Shown: positions 15,100 to 31,000 of the stretch, piece after piece
Numbering within the stretch: the stretch's first letter is position 1
Layout of the letters: each line of letters starts with the position of its first letter
Assembly (NCBI GenBank): GCA_964016885.1
Contig: OZ024755.1
Span: 39,742,001 to 39,806,000 of the forward strand
DNA length: 64,000 bases
Direction of reading: 5' to 3'
DNA from: Eledone cirrhosa
Lineage: Eukaryota
Notes under the pieces: model-generated
Seen by the model: the letters and a program-made list of their open reading frames with translations, nothing else
What the model was told of the DNA's origin: nothing
Database searches by the model: none
Program-made: the position numbers and the translations under genes

Positions 15100-18000
15100 T
15101 GTGTGATATAATTTAGTGTGTGATATATGATAGTGTGTGGTATATGTTAGTGTGTGATATATGTTAGTGTGTGATATATTTTAGTGTGTGATATATGTTA
15201 GTGTGTGATATATGTTAGTGTGTGATATATGTTAGTGTGTGATATATGTTAGTGTGTGATATATGTTAGTGTGTGATATATGTTAGTGTGTGATATATGT
15301 TAGTGTGTGATATAATTTAGTGTTATATATGTTAGTGTGTGATACATGTTAGTGTGCGATATATGTTAGTGTGTGATATATGTTAGTGTGTGATATATGT
15401 TAATGTGTGATATATGTTAGTGTGTGATATATGTTAGTGTGTGATATATGTTAGTGTGTGATATATGTTAGTGTGTGATATATGTTAGTGTGTGATATAT
15501 GTTAGTGTGTAATATATCTTAGTGTGTGGTATATGTTAGTGTGTGATATAAGTTAGTGTGTGATATATGTTAGTGTCTGATTTATTTTAGTGTGTGATAT
15601 ATGTTAGTGTGTGATATATGTTAATGTGTGATATATGTTAGTGTGTGATATATGTTAGTGTGTGATATATGTTAGTGTGTGATATATGTTAATGTGTGAT
15701 ATATCTTAGTGTGTGATATATGTTAGGGTGTGATATATGTTAATGTGTCTATATATGTTAATGTGTGATATATGTTAGTGTGTGATATATGTTAGTGTGT
15801 GATATATGTTAGTGTGCGATATATGTTAGTGTGTGATATATGTTAGTGTGTGATATATGTTAATGTGTGATATATGTTAGTGTGTGATATATGTTAGTGT
15901 GTGATATATGTTAATGTGTGATATATGTTAGTGTGTGATATATGATAGTGTGTGATATATGTTAGTGTGTGATATATGTTAGTGTGTGATATATGTTAGT
16001 GTGTGATATAATTTAGTGTGTAATATATGTTAGTGTGTGATATATGTTAGTGTGTGATATATGTTAGGGTGTGATATATTTTAGTGTGTGATATATGTTA
16101 GTGTGTGATATATGTTAGTGTGTGATATATGTTAGTGTGTGATATATGTTAGTGTGTGATATATGTTAGTGTGTGATATATGTTAGTGTGTGATATATGT
16201 TAGTGTGTGATATATGTTAGTGTGTGATATAATTTAGTGTTATATATGTTAGGGTGTGATACATGTTAGTGTGCGATATATGTTAGTGTGTGATATATGT
16301 TAGTGTGTGATATATGTTAGTGTGTGATATACGTTAGTGTGTGATATATGTTAGTGTGTGATATATGTTAGTGTGTGATATAAGTTAGTGTGTAATATAT
16401 GTTAGTGTATAATATGTGTTAGTGTGTGATATATGTTAGTGTGTGATATATGTTAGTGTGTGATATATGTTATTGTGTGATATATGTTAGTGTGTGATAT
16501 ATGTTAGTGTGTGATATATGTTAGTGTGTAATATATTTTAGTATGTGATATATGTTAGTGTGTGATATCAGTTAGTGTGTGATATATGTTAGTGTATGAT
16601 ATATGTTAGTGTGTGATATATGTTAGTGTGTGATATATGTTAGTGTGTGATATATGATAGTGTGTGATATATGTTAGTGTCTGATATATGTTAGTGTGTG
16701 ATATATGTTAGTGTGTGATATAATTTAGTGTGTGATATATGTTAGTGTGTGGTATATGTTAGTGTGTGATATATGTTAGTGTGTGATATATTTTAGTGTG
16801 TGATATATGTTAGTGTGTGATATATGTTAGTGTGTGATATATGTTAGTGTGTGATATATGTTAGTGTGTGATATATGTTAGTGTGTGATATATGTTAGTG
16901 TGTGATATAATTTAGTGTTATATATGTTAGTGTGTGATACATGTTAGTGTGCGATATATGTTAGTGTGTGATATATGTTAGTGTGTGATATATGTTAGTG
17001 TGTGATATACGTTAGTGTGTGATATATGTTAGGGTGTGATATATGTTAGTGTGTGATATAAGTTAGTGTGTAATATATGTTAGTGTATAATATGTGTTAG
17101 TGTGTGATATATGTTAGTGTGCTATATATGTTAGTGTGTGATATATGTTATTGTGTGATATATGTTAGTGTGTGATATATGTTAGTGTGTGATATATGTT
17201 AGTGTGTAATATATTTTAGTATGTGATATATGTTAGTGTGTGATATAAGTTAGTGTGTGATATATGTTAGTGTATGATATATGTTAGTGTGTGATATATG
17301 TTAGTGTGTGATATAAGTTAGTGTGTGATATATGTTAGTGTGTGATATATGTTAGTGTGTGATATATGTTAGTGTGTGATATACGTTAGTGTGTGATATA
17401 TGTTAGTGTGTGATATATGTTAGTGTGTGATATATTTTGGTGTGTGATATATGTTAGTGTGTAATATATGTTAGTGTGTGATATATGTTAGTGTGTGATA
17501 TATGATAGTGTGTGATATATGTTAGTGTGTGATATATGTTAGTGTGTGATATATGTTAGTGTATGATATATGTTAGTGTGTGATATATTTTGGTGTGTGA
17601 TATATGTTAGTGTGTAATATATGTTAGTGTGTGATATATGTTAGTGTGTGATATATGTTAGTGTGAGATATATGTTAGTGTGTGATATATGTTAGTGTGT
17701 AACATATGTTAGTGTGTGTATATGTTAGTGTGTAATATATGTTAGTGTGTAAATATATTTTGGTGTATGATATATGTTAGTGTGTGATATATGTTAATGT
17801 GTGATATATGTTAGTGTGTGATATATGTTAGTGTATAATATATGTTACTGTGTGATATACGTTAGTGTGTGATATATTTTGGTGTGTGATATATGTTAGT
17901 GTGTAATATATGTTAGTGTGTGATATATGTTAATATGTGATATATGTTAGTGTGTGATATATGTTAATGTGTGATATATGGTAGTGTGTGATATATCTTA

Positions 18001-21000
18001 GTGTGTGATATATGTTAGTGTGTGATATATGTTAGTGTGTGATATATGTTAGTGTGTGATATATGTTAGTTTGCGATATATGTTAGTGTGTGATATATGT
18101 TAGTGTGTGATATATGTTAATGTGTGATATATGTTAGTGTGTGATATATGTTAGTGTGTGATATATGTTAGTGTATGATATATGTTAGTGTGTGATATAT
18201 GTTAGTGTGTGATATATTTTGGTGTGTGATATACGTTAGTGTGTAATATATGTTAGTGTGTGATATATGTTAATATGTGATATATGTTAGTGTGTGATAT
18301 ATGTTAATGTGTGATATATGTTAGTGTGTGATATATGTTAGTGTGTGATATATGTTAGTGTCTGATATATGTTAGTGTGTGATATACGTTAATGTGTGAT
18401 ATATGTTAGTGTGTGATATATGTTAGTGTGTGATATATGTTAGTGTGCGATATATGTTAGTGTGTGATATATGTTAGTGTGTGATATATGTTAGTGTGTA
18501 ATATATCTTAGTGTGTGGTATATGTTAATGTGTGATATATGTTAGTGTGTGATATCAGTTAGTGTGTGATATATGTTAGTGTATGATATATGTTAGTGTG
18601 TGATATATGTTAGTGTGTGATATATGTTAGTGTGTGATATATGATAGTGTGTGGTATATGTTAGTGTGTGATATATGTTAGTGTGTGATATATTTTAGTG
18701 TGTGATATATGTTAGTGTGTGATATATGTTAGTGTGTGATATATGTTAGTGTGTGATATATGTTAGTGTGTGATATATGTTAGTGTGTGATATATGTTAG
18801 TGTGATATAATTTAGTGTTATATATGTTAGTGTGTGATACATGTTAGTGTGCGATATATGTTAGTGTGTGATATATGTTAGTGTGTGATATATGTTAATG
18901 TGTGATATATGTTAGTGTGTGATATATGTTAGTGTGTGATATATGTTAGTGTGTGATATATGTTAGTGTGTGATATATGTTAGTGTGTGATATATGTTAG
19001 TGTGTAATATATCTTAGTGTGTGGTATATGTTAGTGTGTGATATAAGTTAGTGTGTGATATATGTTAGTGTCTGATTTATTTTAGTGTGTGATATATGTT
19101 AGTGTGTGATATATGTTAATGTGTGATATATGTTAGTGTGTGATATATGTTAGTGTGTGATATATGTTAGTGTGTGATATATGTTAATGTGTGATATATC
19201 TTAGTGTGTGATATATGTTAGGGTGTGATATATGTTAATGTGTCGATATATGTTAATGTGTGATATATGTTAGTGTGTGATATATGTTAGTGTGTGATAT
19301 ATGTTAGTGTGCGATATATGTTAGTGTGTGATATATGTTAGTGTGTGATATATGTTAATGTGTGATATATGTTAGTGTGTGATATATGTTAGTGTGTGAT
19401 ATATGTTAATGTGTGATATATGTTAGTGTGTGATATATGATAGTGTGTGATATATGTTAGTGTGTGATATATGTTAGTGTGTGATATATGTTAGTGTGTG
19501 ATATAATTTAGTGTGTGATATATGTTAGTGTGTGATATATGTTAGTGTGTGATATATGTTAGTGTGTGATATATTTTAGTGTGTGATATATGTTAGTGTG
19601 TGATATATGTTAGTGTGTGATATATGTTAGTGTGTGATATATGTTAGTGTGTGATATATGTTAGTGTGTGATATATGTTAGTGTGTGATATAATTTAGTG
19701 TTATATATGTTAGGGTGTGATACATGTTAGTGTGCGATATATGTTAGTGTGTGATATATGTTAGTGTGTGATATATGTTAGTGTGTGATATACGTTAGTG
19801 TGTGATATATGTTAGTGTGTGATATATGTTAGTGTGTGATATAAGTTAGTGTGTAATATATGTTAGTGTATAATATGTGTTAGTGTGTGATATATGTTAG
19901 TGTGTGATATATGTTAGTGTGTGATATATGTTATTGTGTGATATATGTTAGTGTGTGATATATGTTAGTGTGTGATATATGTTAGTGTGTAATATATTTT
20001 AGTATGTGATATATGTTAGTGTGTGATATCAGTTAGTGTGTGATATATGTTAGTGTATGATATATGTTAGTGTGTGATATATGTTAGTGTGTGATATATG
20101 TTAGTGTGTGATATATGATAGTGTGTGATATATGTTAGTGTCTGATATATGTTAGTGTGTGATATATGTTAGTGTGTGATATAATTTAGTGTGTGATATA
20201 TGTTAGTGTGTGGTATATGTTAGTGTGTGATATATGTTAGTGTGTGATATATTTTAGTGTGTGATATATGTTAGTGTGTGATATATGTTAGTGTGTGATA
20301 TATGTTAGTGTGTGATATATGTTAGTGTGTGATATATGTTAGTGTGTGATATATGTTAGTGTGTGATATAATTTAGTGTTATATATGTTAGTGTGTGATA
20401 CATGTTAGTGTGCGATATATGTTAGTGTGTGATATATGTTAGTGTGTGATATATGTTAGTGTGTGATATACGTTAGTGTGTGATATATGTTAGGGTGTGA
20501 TATATGTTAGTGTGTGATATAAGTTAGTGTGTAATATATGTTAGTGTATAATATGTGTTAGTGTGTGATATATGTTAGTGTGTTATATATGTTAGTGTGT
20601 GATATATGTTATTGTGTGATATATGTTAGTGTGTGATATATGTTAGTGTGTGATATATGTTAGTGTGTAATATATTTTAGTATGTGATATATGTTAGTGT
20701 GTGATATAAGTTAGTGTGTGATATATGTTAGTGTATGATATATGTTAGTGTGTGATATATGTTAGTGTGTGATATAAGTTAGTGTGTGATATATGTTAGT
20801 GTGTGATATATGTTAGTGTGTGATATATGTTAGTGTGTGATATACGTTAGTGTGTGATATATGTTAGTGTGTGATATATGTTAGTGTGTGATATATTTTG
20901 GTGTGTGATATATGTTAGTGTGTAATATATGTTAGTGTGTGATATATGTTAGTGTGTGATATATGATAGTGTGTGATATATGTTAGTGTGTGATATATGT

Positions 21001-22000
21001 TAGTGTGTGATATATGTTAGTGTATGATATATGTTAGTGTGTGATATATTTTGGTGTGTGATATATGTTAGTGTGTAATATATGTTAGTGTGTGATATAT
21101 GTTAGTGTGTGATATATGTTAGTGTGAGATATATGTTAGTGTGTGATATATGTTAGTGTGTAACATATGTTAGTGTGTGTATATGTTAGTGTGTAATATA
21201 TGTTAGTGTGTAAATATATTTTGGTGTATGATATATGTTAGTGTGTGATATATGTTAATGTGTGATATATGTTAGTGTGTGATATATGTTAGTGTATAAT
21301 ATATGTTACTGTGTGATATACGTTAGTGTGTGATATATTTTGGTGTGTGATATATGTTAGTGTGTAATATATGTTAGTGTGTGATATATGTTAATATGTG
21401 ATATATGTTAGTGTGTGATATATGTTAATGTGTGATATATGGTAGTGTGTGATATATCTTAGTGTGTGATATATGTTAGTGTGTGATATATGTTAGTGTG
21501 TGATATATGTTAGTGTGTGATATATGTTAGTTTGCGATATATGTTAGTGTGTGATATATGTTAGTGTGTGATATATGTTAATGTGTGATATATGTTAGTG
21601 TGTGATATATGTTAGTGTGTGATATATGTTAATGTGTGATATATGTTAGTGTGTGATATATGTTAGTGTATGATATATGTTAGTGTGTGATATATGTTAG
21701 TGTGTGATATATTTTGGTGTGTGATATACGTTAGTGTGTAATATATGTTAGTGTGTGATATATGTTAATATGTGATATATGTTAGTGTGTGATATATGTT
21801 AATGTGTGATATATGTTAGTGTGTGATATATGTTAGTGTGTGATATATGTTAGTGTCTGATATATGTTAGTGTGTGATATACGTTAATGTGTGATATATG
21901 TTAGTGTGTGATATATGTTAGTGTGTGATATATGTTAGTGTGCGATATATGTTAGTGTGTGATATATGTTAGTGTGTGATATATGCTAGTGTGTAATATA
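15100..22000 (+). repeat. Tandem duplication with a 3,461-bp offset within the 17-bp array
   Basis: ATCAG at 16567/20028, GAGA at 17665/21126 and TTGCG at 18071/21532 all give an offset of 3461. Boundaries are approximate. Confidence 0.85.
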
Positions 22001-25000
22001 TCTTAGTGTGTGGTATATGTTAGTGTGTGATATAAGTTAGTGTGTGATATATGTTAGTGTCTGATTTATTTTAGTGTGTGATATATGTTAGTGTGTGATA
22101 TATGTTAATGTGTGATATATGTTAGTGTGTGATATATGTTAGTGTGTGATATATGTTAGTGTGTGATATATGTTAATGTGTGATATATGTTATTGTGTGA
22201 TATATGTTAGAGTGTGATATATGTTAATGTGTGATATATGTTAGTGTGTGATATATGTTAATGTGTGATATATGTTAGTGTGTGATATATGTTAGTGTGT
22301 GATATATGTTAGTGTGTGATATATGTTAGTGTGTAATATATGTTAGTGTGTGATATATGTTAGTGAGTGATATATGTTAATGTGTGATATATGGTAGTGT
22401 GTGATATATGTTAGTGTGTGATATATGTTAGTGTGTGATATATGTTAGTGTGTGATATATGTTAGTGTGTGATATATGTTAGTTTGCGATATATGTTAGT
22501 GTGTGATATATGTTAGTGTGTGATATATGTTAATGTGTGATATATGTTAGTGTGTGATATATGTTAGTGTGTGATATATGTTAATGTGTGATATATGTTA
22601 GTGTGTGATATCTGATAGTGTGTGATATATGTTAGTGTGTGATATATGTTAGTGTGTGATATATGTTAGTGTGTGATATAATTTAGTGTGTGATATATGT
22701 TAGTGTGTGATATATGTTAGTGTGTGATATATGTTAGTGTGTGATATATTTTAGTGTGTGATATATGTTAGTGTGTGATATATGTTAGTGTGTGATATAT
22801 GTTAGTGTGTGATATATGTTAATGTGTGATATATGTTAGTGTGTGATATATGTTAGTGTGTGATATATGTTAGTGTGTGATATATGTTAGTGTGTGATAT
22901 AATTTAGTGTTATATATGTTAGTGTGTGATACATGTTAGTGTGCGATATATGTTAGTGTGTGATATATGTTAGTGTGTGATATATGTTAGTGTGTGATAT
23001 ATGTTAGTGTATGATATATGTTAGTGTGTGATATATGTTAGTGTGTGATATATGTTAGTGTGTGATATATGTTAGTGTGTGATATATGTTAGTGTGTGAT
23101 ATATGTTAATGTGTGATATATGTTAGTGTGTGATATCTGATAGTGTGTGATATATGTTAGTGTGTGATATATGTTAGTGTGTGATATATGTTAGTGTGTG
23201 ATATAATTTAGTGTGTGATATATGTTAGTGTGTGATATATGTTAGTGTGTGATATATGTTAATGTGTGATATATGTTAGTGTGTGATATATGTTAGTGTG
23301 TGATATATGTTAATGTGTGATATATGTTAGTGTGTGATATCTGATAGTGTGTGATATATGTTAGTGTGTGATATATGTTAGTGTGTGATATATGTTAGTG
23401 TGTGATATAATTTAGTGTGTGATATATGTTAGTGTGTGATATATGTTAGTGTGTGATATATGTTAGTGTGTGATATAATTTAGTCTGTGATATATGTTAG
23501 TGTGTGATATATGTTAGTGTGTGATATATGTTAGTGTGTGATATATGTTAATGTGTGATATATGTTAGTGTGTGATATATGTTAGTGTGTGATATATGTT
23601 AGTGTGTGATATATGTTAGTGTGTGATATAATTTAGTGTTATATATGTTAGTGTGTGATACATGTTAGTGTGCGATATATGTTAGTGTGTGATATATGTT
23701 AGTGTGTGATATATGTTAGTGTGTGATATATGTTAGTGTATGATATATGTTAGTGTGTGATATATGTTAGTGTGTGATATATGTTAGTGTGTGATATATG
23801 TTAGTGTGTGATATATGTTAGTGTGTGATATATGTTAATGTGTGATATATGTTAGTGTGTGATATCTGATAGTGTGTGATATATGTTAGTGTGTGATATA
23901 TGTTAGTGTGTGATATATGTTAGTGTGTGATATAATTTAGTGTGTGATATATGTTAGTGTGTGATATATGTTAGTGTGTGATATAAGTTAGTGTGTGATA
24001 TATGTTAGTGTATGATATATGTTAGTGTGTGATATATGTTAGTGTGTGATATATGTTAGTGTGTGATATATGTTAGTGTGTGATATATGTTAGTGTGTGA
24101 TATATGATAGTGTGTGATATATGTTAGTGTGTGATATATGTTAGTGTGTGATATATGTTAGTGTGTGATATATGTTAGTGTGTGATATATGTTAGTGTGT
24201 AATATATGTTAGTGTGTGATATATGTTAGTGCGTGATATATGGTAGTGTGTGATAATGTATGATATATGTTAGTGTGTGATATATGTTAATGTTTGATAT
24301 ATGTTAGTGTGTGATATATGATAGTGTGTGATATATGTTAGTGTGTGATATAAGTTAGTGTGTGATATATGTTAGTGTGTGATCTAATTTAGTGTGTCAT
24401 ATATGTTAGTGTGTGATATATGTTAGTGTGTGATATATTTTAGTGTGTGATATATTTTAGTGTGTGATATATGTTAGTGTGTGATATATGTTAGTGTGTG
24501 ATATATTTTAGTGTGTGATATATGTTAGTGTGTGATATATATTAGTGTGTGATATATGTTAGTGTGTGATATATGTTAGTGTGTGATATATGTTAGTGTG
24601 TGATATATGTTAGTGTGTGATATATGTTAGTGTGTGATATATGTTAGTGTGTGATATATGTTAATGTGTGATATATGTTAGTGTGTGATATATGTTAATG
24701 TGTGATATATGTTAGTGTGTGATATATGTTAGTGTGTGATATATGTTAGTGTGTGATATATGTTAGTGTGTGATATATGTTAATGTGTGATATATGTTAG
24801 TGTGTGATATATGTTAGTGTGTGATATATGTTAGTGTGTGATATATGTTAGTGTGTGATATATGTTAGTGTGTGATATATGTTAGTGTGTAATATATCTT
24901 AGTGTGTGATATATGTTAGTGTGTGATATATCTTAGTGTGTAATATATCTTAGTGTGTGGTATATGTTAGTGTGTGATATAAGTTAGTGTGTGATATATG

Positions 25001-28000
25001 TTAGTGTGTGATTTATTTTAGTGTGTGATATATGTTAGTGTCTGATATATGTTAATGTGTGATATATGTTAGTGTGTGATATATGTTAGTGTGTGATATA
25101 TGTTAGTGTGTGATATATGTTATTGTGTGATATATGTTAGTGTGTGATATATGTTAGTGTGTGATATATGTTAATGTGTGATATATGTTAGTGTGTGATA
25201 TATGTTAATGTGTGATATATGTTAGTGTGTGATATATGTTAGTGTGTGATATATGTTAGTGTGTGATATATGTTAATTTGTGATATATGTTAGTGTGTGA
25301 TATATGTTAGTGTGTGATATATGTTAGTGAGTGATATATGTTAATGTGTGATATATGTTAGTGTGTGATATATGTTAGTGTTTGATATATGTTAGTGTGT
25401 GATATATGTTAGTGTGTGATATATGTTAGTGTGTGATATATGTTAGCGTGTGATATATGTTAGTGTGTGATATATGTTAGTGTGTGATATATGTTAATGT
25501 GTGATATATGTTAGTGTGTGATATATGTTAGTGTGTGATATATGTTAATGTGTGATATATGTTAGTGGGTGATATATGATAGTGTGTGATATATGTTAGT
25601 GTGTGATATATGTTAGTGTGTGATATATGTTAGTGTGTGATATAATTTAGTGTGTGATATATGTTAGTGTGTGGTATATGTTAGTGTGTGATATATGTTA
25701 GTGTGTGATATATTTTAGTGTGTGATATATGTTAGTGTGTGATATATGTTAGTGTGTGATATATGTTAGTGTGTGATATATGTTAGTGTGTGATATATGT
25801 TAGTGTGTGATATATGTTAGTGTGTGATATAATTTAGTGTGTGATATATGTTAGTGTGTGATATATGCTAGTGTGTGATATATGTTAGTGTGTGATATAA
25901 TTTAGTGTGTGATATATGTTAGTGTGTGGTATATGTTAGTGTGTGATATATGTTAGTGTGTGATATATTTTAGTGTGTGATATATGTTAGTGTGTGATAT
26001 ATGTTAGTGTGTGATATAATTTAGTGTGTGATATATGTTAGTGTGTGGTATATGTTAGTGTGTGATATAAGTTAGTGTGTAATATATGTTAGTGTATAAT
26101 ATGTGTTAGTGTGTGATATATGTTAGTATGTGATATATGTTAGTGTGTGATATAAGTTAGTGTGTGATATATGTTATTGTATGATATATGTTAGTGTGTG
26201 ATATATGTTAGTGTGTGATATAAGTTAGTGTGTGATATATGTTAGTGTGTGATATATGTTAGTGTGTGATATATGTTAGTGTGTGATATACGTTAGTGTG
26301 TGATATATGTTAATGTGTGATATATGTTAGTGTGTGATATATGTTAATGTGTGATATATGTTAGTGTGTGATATATGCTAGTGTGTGATATATGTTAGTG
26401 TGTGATATATGTTAGTGTGTGATATATGTTAGTGTGTGATATATTTTAGTGTGTGATATATGTTAGTGTGTGATATATGTTAATGTGTGATATATGTTAG
26501 TGTGTGATATATGTTAGTGTGTGATATATGTTAGTGTGTGATATATGTTAATGTGTGATATATGTTAGTGTGTGATATATGTTAGTGTGTGATATATGTT
26601 AGTGTGTGATATATGTTAGTGTGTGATATATGTTAGGGTGTGATATATGTTAGTGTGTGATATATGTTAGTGTGTGATATATTTTGGTGTGTGATATATG
26701 TTAGTGTGTAATATATGTTAGTGTGTGATATATGTTAGTGTGTGATATATGTTAGTGTGTGATATATGTTAGTGTGTGATATATGTTAGTGTGTAACATA
26801 TGTTAGTGTGTGTATATGTTAGTGTGTAATATATGTTAGTGTGTAAATATATTTTGGTGTATGATATATGTTAGTGTGTGATATATGTTAATGTGTGATA
26901 TATGTTAGTGTGTGATATATGTTAGTGTATAATATATGTTACTGTGTGATATATGTTAGTGTGTGATATATGTTAGTGCGTGATATATGGTAGTGTGTGA
27001 TAATGTGTGATATATGTTAGTGTGTGATATATGATAGTGTGTGATATATGTTAGTGTGTGATATACGTTAGTGTGTGATATATGTTAGTGTGTGATATAT
27101 GTTAGTGTATGATATATGTTAGTGTGTGATATATGTTAGTGTGTGATATATTTTGGTGTGTGATATATGTTAGTGTGTAATATATGTTAGTGTGTGATAT
27201 ATGTTAATGTGTGATATATGTTAGTGTGTGATATATGTTAATGTGTGATATATGTTAGTGTGTGATATATGTTAGTGTGTGATATATGTTAGTGTGTGAT
27301 ATATGTTAATGTGTGATATATGTTAGTGTGTGATATATGTTAGTGTGTGATATATGTTAGTGTGTGATATATGTTAGTGTGTGATATATGTTAGTGTGTG
27401 ATATATGTTAGTGTGTAATATATCTTAGTGTGTGGTATATGTTAGTGTGTGATATATGTTATTGTGTGATATATGTTAGAGTGTGATATATGTTAGTGTC
27501 TGATTTATTTTAGTGTGTGATATATGTTAGTGTGTGATATATGTTAATGTGTGATATATGTTAGTGTGTGATATATGTTAGTGTGTGATATATGTTATTG
27601 TGTGATATATGTTAGAGTGTGATATATGTTAATGTGTGATATATGTTAGTGTGTGATATATGTTAATGTGTGATATATGTTAGTGTGTGATATATGTTAG
27701 TGTGTGATATATGTTAGTGTGTGATATATGTTAGTGTGTAATATATGTTAGTGTGTGATATATGTTAGTGAGTGATATATGTTAATGTGTGATATATGGT
27801 AGTGTGTGATATATGTTAGTGTGTGATATATGTTAGTGTGTGATATATGTTAGTGTGTGATATATGTTAGTGTGTGATATATGTTAGTTTGCGATATATG
27901 TTAGTGTGTGATATATGTTAGTGTGTGATATATGTTAATGTGTGATATATGTTAGTGTGTGATATATGTTAGTGTGTGATATATGTTAATGTGTGATATA

Positions 28001-31000
28001 TGTTAGTGTGTGATATCTGATAGTGTGTGATATATGTTAGTGTGTGATATATGTTAGTGTGTGATATATGTTAGTGTGTGATATAATTTAGTGTGTGATA
28101 TATGTTAGTGTGTGATATATGTTAGTGTGTGATATATGTTAGTGTGTGATATATTTTAGTGTGTGATATATGTTAGTGTGTGATATATGTTAGTGTGTGA
28201 TATATGTTAGTGTGTGATATATGTTAATGTGTGATATATGTTAGTGTGTGATATATGTTAGTATGTGATATATGTTAGTGTGTGATATATGTTAGTGTGT
28301 GATATAATTTAGTGTTATATATGTTAGTGTGTGATACATGTTAGTGTGCGATATATGTTAGTGTGTGATATATGTTAGTGTGTGATATATGTTAGTGTGT
28401 GATATATGTTAGTGTATGATATATGTTAGTGTGTGATATATGTTAGTGTGTGATATATGTTAGTGTGTGATATATGTTAGTGTGTGATATATGTTAGTGT
28501 GTGATATATGTTAATGTGTGATATATGTTAGTGTGTGATATCTGATAGTGTGTGATATATGTTAGTGTGTGATATATGTTAGTGTGTGATATATGTTAGT
28601 GTGTGATATAATTTAGTGTGTGATATATGTTAGTGTGTGATATATGTTAGTGTGTGATATATGTTAATGTGTGATATATGTTAGTGTGTGATATATGTTA
28701 GTGTGTGATATATGTTAATGTGTGATATATGTTAGTGTGTGATATCTGATAGTGTGTGATATATGTTAGTGTGTGATATATGTTAGTGTGTGATATATGT
28801 TAGTGTGTGATATAATTTAGTGTGTGATATATGTTAGTGTGTGATATATGTTAGTGTGTGATATATGTTAGTGTGTGATATAATTTAGTGTGTGATATAT
28901 GTTAGTGTGTGATATATGTTAGTGTGTGATATATGTTAGTGTGTGATATATGTTAATGTGTGATATATGTTAGTGTGTGATATATGTTAGTGTGTGATAT
29001 ATGTTAGTGTGTGATATATGTTAGTGTGTGATATAATTTAGTGTTATATATGTTAGTGTGTGATACATGTTAGTGTGCGATATATGTTAGTGTGTGATAT
29101 ATGTTAGTGTGTGATATATGTTAGTGTGTGATATATGTTAGTGTATGATATATGTTAGTGTGTGATATATGTTAGTGTGTGATATATGTTAGTGTGTGAT
29201 ATATGTTAGTGTGTGATATATGTTAGTGTGTGATATATGTTAATGTGTGATATATGTTAGTGTGTGATATCTGATAGTGTGTGATATATGTTAATGTGTG
29301 ATATATGTTAGTGTGTGATATATGTTAGTGTATGATATATGTTAGTGTGTGATATATGTTAGTGTGTGATATATTTTAGTGTGTGATATATGTTAGTGTG
29401 TGATATATGTTAATGTGTGATATATGTTAGTGTGTGATATATGTTAGTGTGTGATATATGTTAGTGTGTGATATATGTTAATGTGTGATATATGTTAGTG
29501 TGTGATATATGTTAGTGTGTGATATATGTTAGTGTGTGATATATGTTAGTGTGTGATATATGTTAGGGTGTGATATATGTTAGTGTGTGATATATGTTAG
29601 TGTGTGATATATTTTGGTGTGTGATATATGTTAGTGTGTAATATATGTTAGTGTGTGATATATGTTAGTGTGTGATATATGTTAGTGTGTGATATATGTT
29701 AGTGTGTGATATATGTTAGTGTGTAACATATGTTAGTGTGTGTATATGTTAGTGTGTAATATATGTTAGTGTGTAAATATATTTTGGTGTGTGATATATG
29801 TTAGTGTGTGATATATCTTAGTGTGTAATATATCTTAGTGTGTGGTATATGTTAGTGTGTGATATAAGTTAGTGTGTGATATATGTTAGTGTGTGATTTA
29901 TTTTAGTGTGTGATATATGTTAATTTGTGATATATGTTAGTGTGTGATATATGTTAGTGTGTGATATATGTTAGTGAGTGATATATGTTAATGTGTGATA
30001 TATGTTAGTGTGTGATATATGTTAGTGTTTGATATATGTTAGTGTGTGATATATGTTAGTGTGTGATATATGTTTGTGTGTGATATATGTTAATTTGTGA
30101 TATATGTTAGTGTGTGATATATGTTAGTGTGTGATATATGTTAGTGAGTGATATATGTTAATGTGTGATATATGTTAGTGTGTGATATATGTTAGTGTTT
30201 GATATATGTTAGTGTGTGATATATGTTAGTGTGTGATATATGTTAGTGTGTGATATATGTTAGCGTGTGATATATGTTAGTGTGTGATATATGTTAGTGT
30301 GTGATATATGTTAATGTGTGATATATGTTAGTGTGTGATATATGTTAGTGTGTGATATATGTTAATGTGTGATATATGTTAGTGGGTGATATATGATAGT
30401 GTGTGATATATGTTAGTGTGTGATATATGTTAGTGTGTGATATATGTTAGTGTGTGATATAATTTAGTGTGTGATATATGTTAGTGTGTGGTATATGTTA
30501 GTGTGTGATATATGTTAGTGTGTGATATATTTTAGTGTGTGATATATGTTAGTGTGTGATATATGTTAGTGTGTGATATATGTTAGTGTGTGATATATGT
30601 TAGTGTGTGATATATGTTAGTGTGTGATATATGTTAGTGTGTGATATAATTTAGTGTGTGATATATGTTAGTGTGTGATATATGTTAGTGTGTGATATAT
30701 GTTAGTGTGTGATATAATTTAGTGTGTGATATATGTTAGTGTGTGGTATATGTTAGTGTGTGATATATGTTAGTGTGTGATATATTTTAGTGTGTGATAT
30801 ATGTTAGTGTGTGATATATGTTAGTGTGTGATATAATTTAGTGTGTGATATATGTTAGTGTGTGGTATATGTTAGTGTGTGATATAAGTTAGTGTGTAAT
30901 ATATGTTAGTGTATAATATGTGTTAGTGTGTGATATATGTTAGTATGTGATATATGTTAGTGTGTGATATAAGTTAGTGTGTGATATATGTTATTGTATG